Shown here piece by piece: positions 57,340 through 64,000 of a stretch of 64,000 bases of DNA. The stretch spans positions 3,072,001 through 3,136,000 of the forward strand of contig OY762007.1 of assembly GCA_963665115.1 (NCBI GenBank). Direction: 5' to 3'. Origin of the DNA: an uncultured Rivularia sp. (lineage in GTDB: Bacteria > Cyanobacteriota > Cyanobacteriia > Cyanobacteriales > Nostocaceae). Both the position numbers and the translations under genes were made by a program. How positions within the stretch are numbered: position 1 is the stretch's first letter; every line of letters starts with the position of its first letter. The notes beneath the pieces are model-generated. The model had not been told where the DNA came from, searched no databases, and saw only the letters and a program-made list of their open reading frames with translations.

Positions 57340-57535
57340 CGTTGTGTGACGCTTTGAAGAATTTTGATTAGAAATTAAGAATTTGATTATAGCGTCACGC
57401 ACCAATTATCTAGATAAGAACGAGAAAATTTTGTTGAAAATTATTAAATATTTAATAAATCTCGAATGGTGCGTTACGGCATTTTCAAAATCGTAGTTTA
57501 TAATTCAACATATTAAAGCCGTAACAGCACCCTAC
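57340..57535. repeat. Two long-loop REP-like inverted repeats, one GTAG-tagged
   Basis: GTGTGACGCT/AGCGTCACGC; GGTGCGTTACGGC/GCCGTAACAGCACCCTAC. Confidence 0.6.
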
Positions 57536-57552
57536 AAGTTAAAAGATTAGAA

Positions 57553-58231
57553 TTATTCACTCAAATCTCCAAAACGTTCTCGATAACGAGCTAAAAGAGC
57601 TTCAGCTTCATTTGCACGATTTTCTGCTTCCTGTCTTGCTTGAGTTTCTTCCTGAAGTTTGGTTGCTAATTCGTCGGGAATTAATAATTTTTCTCCAGTA
57701 TCTTCGCGGTAAAAACCGATTAATTCATCTTCTATAGCTAAACGTAATTTTAAAGGTTCGCTGCGGCTATCTGTAATTAATTGGTAGCTTTCCCCTTGCA
57801 AACGATAGCCGCGCAATTTTTCTTCAATCCATTCACCTTTTGGATCGAAAAGCCAATATTCTTGTACTTCTAACTGTTCGTACAAGGTTTTTTTATGCTC
57901 TATATCTTGGTTTTTTGTACCCTTAGATGTAATTTCAAAAATAACTGAAGGTACTTTACCTTCTTCCCAAGTTTTATAATTATCTCTACCTCCTGGTGCA
58001 ACATCAAAAATTACCATTACGTCAGGAGCTACTCTTAATTTTGGGAAACCTTGAGCGTAATATAAAAATTGATTTGCTAAAACGGTTGCCTGTTGTCCTG
58101 TAAGGTATTGTCGCAATACTTCGAGGGCTGTTAATAAAGCGTAGAGGTGGGTATAAGTTTCAGCCACGGGTTTCACCGTCGGAACTTGGATAGAAGATTT
58201 GAGACTTTGGTTTAGAAGTGGTAATTGCCAT
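57553..58231 (-). CDS. Uma2-family (PD-(D/E)xK) endonuclease; +1 frameshift at about 58172
   Basis: YPSSDGE|PVAET, VAPDVMV, FEITS, EYWLFDP. Confidence 0.9.
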
Positions 58232-58278
58232 GTTCTCAGGTTTTGGGGTTTACGTCTATTATGACGTTGACAGAAACA

Positions 58279-58448
58279 TTAGTTAAGTTGCTCAAAAAAA
58301 CGTTTGAGTTTATCTTTATCCAGTTTGTCATTACTGCGAACTCCACTACATACATCAAGTGCGAAAGGTGCGACTTGAGTTACTGCTAAAGCGGCGTTTT
58401 CGGGTTTTAATCCTCCCGCAAGAAAGATTGGTATTTTTAGGCGATCGC
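58279..58448 (-). pseudogene. trpF: 3' fragment of phosphoribosylanthranilate isomerase (TrpF-like)
   Basis: Manual translation DRLKIPIFLAGGLKPENAALAVTQVAPFALDVCSGVRSNDKLDKDKLKRFFEQLN*; no 5' part. Confidence 0.75.
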
Positions 58449-58472
58449 TTATTATCAAGTCCGTTTTAATTC

Positions 58473-58550
58473 ACATCTGACACCAGTTGCAATAATCGCC
58501 TTGGAATAAATTCCCAGGCTAAAAAACAAAGTCTGATGAATCAGACTGGG
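58473..58550. mobile_element. MITE-like element, partial inverted copy 3
   Basis: Reverse complement of 21912-21988 with few mismatches. Confidence 0.7.
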
Positions 58551-58654
58551 CTTGTTGAGAATGATGCAAAAAGTCCGTTTTCATGGACTGGAAATCTCAT
58601 TATTTAGATATTGTAATATTTATAATTAGTTACTTAATTAAATAGGTGTAATCT

Positions 58655-59689
58655 ATGACTGGGATGAAAAAAAAGCGTCAATTTAAAACTTTCAGTAAAC
58701 CTGCTTTGATAAGGCTTGGTATTTTGCTGTTTATTTTATCAAGTGTTGTTAGCTGGCTATGGTTTACATCTTTCCAAATGCCGAGAAATAGCTACAGTGG
58801 TGAATTACTTCCTTTAACCGCACAAGAAAAGATTATTCAAGATAATTTACAACGAGATATTAATAAGTTAGCTGTTGAAATTGGAGCGCGTAATTATAAT
58901 AATTATGAAAATCTGAATGCTGCTGCGGATTTTATAGAATCTTCTTTTAAGGAAGCTGGCTATAAAGTAAATCAGCAAGAATATCAAATAAATAATAAAA
59001 CTTTTGCTAATTTAGAAGTTGAAATTAAAGGTGTTGAGAAACCCGATGAAATTGTAATTGTTGGCGGACATTATGATACGGCTTTTAATACTCCTGGCGC
59101 TAATGATAACGGTTCGGGTGTTGCTGCGGTGTTGGAATTAGCGCGGAGATTTGCAGATGAAAAGCCAAATAGAACTTTACGATTCGTGGAATTTACGAAT
59201 GAGGAACCACCTTATTTTTGGACTGAAAATATGGGTAGTTTGGTTTATGCGAAGGGTTGTAAAGAAAGGAATGAGAATGTTGTAGCAATGTTGAGTTTAG
59301 AAACTATGGGTTATTTTTCTGAGGAAGAAGAAAGTCAAAAATATCCGTTTCCACTGAATTTAATTTATCCTTCTCAAGGTAATTTTATTGCTTTTGTGGG
59401 AGATATAAATTCTAGTCAACTTGTAAAAAAGGCTATTGGTTACTTTCGCAAACAGGTAAAATTTCCATCTGAAGGTTTAGCCATTTTTAATCAACTTCCT
59501 GGTGTTGGATGGTCAGATCATTGGTCATTTTGGCAGCAAGGTTATCAAGGTATTATGGTTACTGATACCGCGCCTTTTCGCTACAAGTATTATCATACTT
59601 TGGACGATATTCCCGATCGGATTGATTATGAAAAATTAGCGCGAGTTGTATCGGGTTTGGAGAAGGTTGTTGGGGAATTTGTTAGTTGA
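58655..59689 (+). CDS. M28-family metallopeptidase with an N-terminal membrane anchor
   Basis: GGHYDT, GANDNGSG, NEEPP, LETMG, SDH, YHT..D. Confidence 0.9.
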   Translation: MTGMKKKRQFKTFSKPALIRLGILLFILSSVVSWLWFTSFQMPRNSYSGELLPLTAQEKIIQDNLQRDINKLAVEIGARNYNNYENLNAAADFIESSFKEAGYKVNQQEYQINNKTFANLEVEIKGVEKPDEIVIVGGHYDTAFNTPGANDNGSGVAAVLELARRFADEKPNRTLRFVEFTNEEPPYFWTENMGSLVYAKGCKERNENVVAMLSLETMGYFSEEEESQKYPFPLNLIYPSQGNFIAFVGDINSSQLVKKAIGYFRKQVKFPSEGLAIFNQLPGVGWSDHWSFWQQGYQGIMVTDTAPFRYKYYHTLDDIPDRIDYEKLARVVSGLEKVVGEFVS

Positions 59690-59706
59690 AGATTTGCATC
59701 CAGAGC

Positions 59707-59816
59707 GCCCGCAGGCTCGAAGCCTGGGGCTACAATTACAAAGCCCACCTTCGTGGGCTAAAGATTCCTAGCCCATGAAGGTGGGCTTCGTAAATGTAGC
59801 GATACCCTTATAGGGT
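59707..59816. repeat. Multi-hairpin dispersed repeat, copy 2 (inverted relative to 7066-7178)
   Basis: GCCCGCAGGCT..AGCCTGGGGCTA..ACAAAGCCCACCTTCGTGGGCT. Confidence 0.8.
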
Positions 59817-59827
59817 ATTGCTACTAA

Positions 59828-60412
59828 TTATGCAGAGCTTCCGCTTTCTCCTTTCATGACTGCGGCAGAAATCAAATGTGCTAATCGCAATGCTTCGGGT
59901 ACTTTTCCGCAATCGGTTAATTTTTCTAATACTTTGGCAATGATTTCTGGCTCTTCACCACATACTTGAAATACAAAGGGTAAATATTCGTAAATTGTAC
60001 CCGCACGCTTTAATAATTCTTGGCGTTTTTCTAAGTTTGGTAAACGACTCATTGCGTCGATAACTGCTTCTAAATCAGGTTGACGACGCATCACGGCGAC
60101 GCAGGGAAGTTGGAGTTTTTCGGCTAAGGTTGGTAAGTCAACAACGTTAAATCCACCAAAGCCAATTCCGTCGAGCAATACTATATGTAATTGCGGTAAA
60201 AATTTGCTGTCAAGTAATAATTTGCAAATGGTTTCTGTGGAATCAAAACCATCTTGCTGTAACTCTCCCCAAACCATTCCTTCAAATCGAGTTGCCGCAC
60301 AAATTATTCCTGCTAAATTAACTTTTTTATTAGCACCACGAATAAATGGTGCGTCGTCGAAGCCAATTACGCGAATTGTACGGTTTAGTTTGAGGAGAGA
60401 TTCGAGATTCAT
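59828..60412 (-). CDS. DUF99 family (endonuclease V-like) protein
   Basis: VIGFDDAPF, DGFDST, LDGIGFGGFNVVD, PEALRLAHLI. Confidence 0.85.
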   Translation of the reverse strand: MNLESLLKLNRTIRVIGFDDAPFIRGANKKVNLAGIICAATRFEGMVWGELQQDGFDSTETICKLLLDSKFLPQLHIVLLDGIGFGGFNVVDLPTLAEKLQLPCVAVMRRQPDLEAVIDAMSRLPNLEKRQELLKRAGTIYEYLPFVFQVCGEEPEIIAKVLEKLTDCGKVPEALRLAHLISAAVMKGESGSSA

Positions 60413-60554
60413 GGATTGAGAGAGTTAGGAATTAGGAGTGTAAAGATGTAGCAATGCTGCTTATGTAGGTGATTTAGCAGGAACGGAGTTATGATAAATT
60501 GACTTCTAGGATTAGTGTACTATCCTGCAAAAACCAGGGAAACTAAAGTTATTA

Positions 60555-60854
60555 ATGCACGTTATCAGCCGTAAAAAATTACGAGAATTTTGTCGAACAC
60601 ATGGAGACTGCGACGAAGCGCTAGATGACTGGTATAAAATTGCAAGTAAGGCTGAATGGGGAAACTTGATAGAGGTACAAACAGCTTTTCCTCAAGCAGA
60701 AGCGGTTGGAAATTTCACAGTTTTCAATATTAAAGGTAATAAATATAGATTGATTGTTAGTATTAATTATGAAAAACAGGTCATCTATGTAAAATATATC
60801 TTAACTCATGCACAATATGACAAAGATAAGTGGAAAAATGACCCTTACTATTAA
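60555..60854 (+). CDS. higB: HigB-family toxin
   Basis: MHVISRKKL...VFNIKGNKYRLI...THAQYDK. Confidence 0.9.
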   Translation: MHVISRKKLREFCRTHGDCDEALDDWYKIASKAEWGNLIEVQTAFPQAEAVGNFTVFNIKGNKYRLIVSINYEKQVIYVKYILTHAQYDKDKWKNDPYY

Positions 60855-61242
60855 TTCAGAAATTTATAGCGAATTACTGTCTAAATATCAACCTCGAATT
60901 ATTCAAACGGAAGCCGAAAATGAATATTTTTTAGAAGTTGTTGAAGAATTGCTAGCGCGGAAAGATCTTACACCGGAAGAAAATACAATTTTAGACTTAT
61001 TAGTCAAATTAATTGAAGATTTTGAAGATAAACACTATCAGTTAAATAAATCTACACCTCGTTCTCGAATGCTTCATTTAATGGAAGCCCAGGATATTGC
61101 TAAGGAAAGTTTAGTACAAGTTTTTGGTTCAGCTGAGATAGTTGATAAAGCCATCAACGGTGAATTAGAAATAACTTCACAACAGGCTTTAGATTTAGGG
61201 AATTTATTTCATGTTGATTCGATTTTATTTTTAAATGAGTAG
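60838..61242 (+). CDS. higA: HigA-family antitoxin
   Basis: PRIIQTEAEN...LVKLIEDFE...HTH; overlaps the higB 3' end. Confidence 0.85.
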   Translation: MTLTINSEIYSELLSKYQPRIIQTEAENEYFLEVVEELLARKDLTPEENTILDLLVKLIEDFEDKHYQLNKSTPRSRMLHLMEAQDIAKESLVQVFGSAEIVDKAINGELEITSQQALDLGNLFHVDSILFLNE

Positions 61243-61283
61243 GTGAGATAATAATAAAATATTCAAAAGTAGGTTTAATAATC

Positions 61284-61559
61284 ATGCAATCACTTTTCTG
61301 GACTGTCGAAGAAGTTGCTCGCAGAGCTAAAGAATTTTACGAAAATGGAATTCGCCAACAAGTTGAGCATGGCGATAATATTGGCAAGATGATTACGATT
61401 GATGCTGAAACTGGCGAGTACGGAATTGATAAAACTGGTATAGAAACTGCGATGAAGTTAAAGCAGAAAAAACCAATGGCTAGATTATTTACTATGCGGA
61501 TTGGTTACGATGTTGCTGTCAGTTTTGGTCATGCTCCGATGAACCGTACAGTTAAATGA
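61284..61559 (+). CDS. Small hypothetical protein coupled to the aspartic protease
   Basis: GKMITIDAETGEY...MRIG; ATGA overlap with the next gene. Confidence 0.75.
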   Translation: MQSLFWTVEEVARRAKEFYENGIRQQVEHGDNIGKMITIDAETGEYGIDKTGIETAMKLKQKKPMARLFTMRIGYDVAVSFGHAPMNRTVK

Positions 61560-61933
61560 TTTACGGAAGAGTTACTGAAGGTAAAGCAACAATTCCAGTA
61601 ATTTTTCGTTTACCTTCACAGCCAGATTTTTCTGTGGATTTTGTCATTGATACTGGATTCAATGACTATCTAACGCTACCAATACAAGCAGTAAATATAA
61701 TGAATCTTCCTATATATTCGAGTATTTCTGCAAGATTAGCCGATGGTAGCGAAACTGTATTATCTGTACATTCAGCAACTATTATTTGGGATGATGTAGA
61801 AAAAGTAGTTCCTGTTTTAGCTTCTGGTTATAAACCTTTATTGGGAGTTGCTTTGATGGAAGGATATCATTTAGAGATTGATTTTGAAGAAAATGGTTTG
61901 GTTTCGTTGGAAAAAATATCGTCTGTGATGTGA
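61556..61933 (+). CDS. Clan AA (retropepsin-like) aspartic protease
   Basis: VIDTGFN, LADGS, LLG motifs. Confidence 0.85.
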   Translation: MIYGRVTEGKATIPVIFRLPSQPDFSVDFVIDTGFNDYLTLPIQAVNIMNLPIYSSISARLADGSETVLSVHSATIIWDDVEKVVPVLASGYKPLLGVALMEGYHLEIDFEENGLVSLEKISSVM

Positions 61934-61946
61934 TAGATGTCAAACC

Positions 61947-62027
61947 GTCATTGCGACGAAGGAAGCAATCTCAACACCTCAACTACCAAGGAGTGCGATC
62001 GCCACCCTGTATTCGACTCGCAATGAC
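61947..62027. repeat. Solo GTCATTGCG...CGCAATGAC palindromic element
   Basis: TCAAACCGTCATTGCGACGAAGGAAGCAATC is the exact reverse complement of 20588-20618. Confidence 0.85.
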
Positions 62028-62114
62028 AGTTCCAAAAATCGGGATTCTACACTTCACAAAATATCACCCGAAAAACCACCTTTTCAATTCTCCTAACAAA
62101 GAATCATCTTGCTG

Positions 62115-64000
62115 TTATTTTCCACGTAAATATTCTAGATTTCTCCGAAAAGTCAACGTATTCGGGTGATTTTTACCCAAAACCCGTTCCGCAATCTCCA
62201 AAGCTTGGATATAAAGTGGTTCTGCTTGTTCGTAATTTCCTTGGGAACGGTAAAGTTCAGCTAAATTGTTCAAACTGGTTGCAACCAGGGGATGATTAAC
62301 TCCGAGTAGCTGTTTATATAACTCCAAAGCTTGGAGATACAGAGGTTCTGCTGCTTCGTACTTTCCTTGGGAACGGTAAAGTTCAGCTAAATTGTTCAAA
62401 CTAGTTGCAACGTCGGGATGATTTTCTCCGAGTAGCTGTTTATATAACTCCAAAGCTTTGAGATACAGAGGTTCTGCTGCTGTGTACCTTCCTTGGGAAT
62501 AGTAGAGTGCAGCTAAATTGTTCAAACTGCTTGCAATGTGAGGATGATTGACACCTAAAAGCCGTTCCGCAATCTCCAAAGCTTGGAGAAACAGAGGTTC
62601 GGCTGCTTCGTACCTTCCTTGGGAACTGTAGAGTTGAGCTAAATTGCTCAAATTGCTTGCAACGTCGGGATGATTTTCTCCGAGTAGCTGTTTTCTTAAC
62701 TCCAAAGCTTGGAGATAAAGAGCTTCTGCTGCTTCGTACCTTCCTTGAGAATAGTAGAGTAGTGCTAAATTGCTCAAACTCATTGCAACGTGAGGATGAT
62801 TTTCTCCGAATAGCTGTTTATATAACCCTAACGCTTGAAGAAACAGAGGTTCTGCTGCTTCGTACCTTCCTTGGGAATAGTAGAGTAGTGCTAAATTGCT
62901 CAAACTCGTTGCAACTTGAGGATGATTAACTCCGAGTAGCTGTTTACATAAATGCAAAGCTTGGAGGTAAAGAGGTTCTGCTGCTTCGTACCTTCCTTGA
63001 GAATAGTAGAGTAGTGCTAAATTGCTCAAACTCATTGCAACGTGAGGATGATTTTCTCCGAATAGCTGTTTGTATAACTTCAATGCTTGGAGGTACAGAG
63101 GTTCTGCTGCTTCGTAACTTCCTTGGGAATAGTAGAATTGAGCTAAATTGTTCAAACTGGTTGCAACTTCGGGATGATTTTCTCCGAGTAGCTTTTTTCC
63201 TAATTCCAAAGCTTGGAGGTAGAGAGGTTCGGCTGCTTCGTACCTTCCTTGGGAACTGTAGAGTAGTGCTAAATTGTTCAAACTAGTTGTAACACCGGGA
63301 TGATTCTCTCCGAGTAGCTGTTTGTATAACTCCAATGATTGGAGAAACAGAGGTTTCTGCTGCTTCGTACCTCCCTTGGGAATAATAGAGTTGAGCTAAA
63401 TTGTTTAAACTCATTGCAACGTCGGGATGATTTTCTCCGAGTAGCTGTTTGTATAATTCCAATGCTTGGAGAAACAGAGGTTCGGCTGCTTCGTACCTTC
63501 CTTGAGAATAGTAGAGTTGAGCTAAATTGTTCAAACTCAATGCAACGCGGGGATGATTTTCTCCGAATAGCTGTTTGTATAGCTCCAATGCTTGGAGGTA
63601 CAGAGGTTCGGCTGCTTCGTACCTTCCTTGGGAATAGTAGAGTTGAGCTAAATTGTTTAAACTCATTGCAACGCGGGGATGATTAACTCCGAGTGGCTGT
63701 TTGTATAACTCTAATGCTTGGAGGTACAGAGGTTCGGCTGCTTCGTACCTTCCTTGGGAATAGTAGAGTTGAGCTAAATTGTTCAAACTGGTTGCAACGT
63801 CGGGATGATTTTCTCCAAGTAGCTGTTTTCTTAATTCCAAAGCTTGGAGATGCAGAGGTTCGGCTGCTTCATACCTTCCTTGGGAATTGTAGAGATAAGC
63901 TAAATTGTTCAAACTGGTTGCAACGTCGGGATGATTTTCTCCTAAGCGAGATATGACTGCTGAAACACATTGCTGACACCAGGGTTCTGCTAATGCATAT
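62115..64000 (-). CDS. Second NLR-like TPR protein, 3' part only (about 14 repeats of 42 aa); +1 frameshift at about 63355
   Basis: YALAEPWCQQCVSAVISRLGENHP matches the post-NB-ARC junction of 16811-20255; same repeats and C-terminus (NHPNT...RRNLEYLR). Confidence 0.88.

Larger units (their letters stand above)
162..62002. repeat. HIP1 octamer GCGATCGC dispersed through the window
   Basis: More than 15 copies seen by eye (e.g. 162, 6233, 10838, 23312, 26310, 29524, 49562, 58441, 61995); fewer than one expected by chance. Confidence 0.9.

Overview
Chromosomal window from a filamentous, probably heterocyst-forming cyanobacterium (Nostocales; Rivularia/Calothrix-like by inference). It has many HIP1 sites (GCGATCGC), heptamer and octamer tandem repeats (STRR), and dispersed palindromic repeats. 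Core genes: nitrate assimilation (narB partial, nrtP, nirA, divergent nirB), purL-purF, apt, an FHA-PBP, lspA/bioY, pstSCAB with a Pho box, tRNA-Gly(TCC), cyaC, hisC, two tandem glutathione reductases, apcD, rlmD-pmgA and asnS. There are two accessory patches (about 16.0-22.0 kb and 57.5-64 kb), each built around an NLR-like TPR gene and small toxin-antitoxin-type genes. Most notable: (1) a small helical protein with an N/Q/G-rich amyloid-like tail is in frame with the NB-ARC-TPR gene, separated by a single TGA in a TGA-CTA context and followed by stem-loops, with no canonical start for the NB-ARC part; this is a candidate stop-readthrough effector/NLR system. (2) A 102-bp-period array of GTCATTGCG...CGCAATGAC palindromes abuts a stand-alone GIY-YIG nuclease, and a solo copy lies behind the second TPR paralog. 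(3) A candidate sRNA with a perfect CRP box. Eleven genes carry short homopolymer-extension frameshifts that look like systematic sequencing errors, so single-base claims need read-level confirmation.
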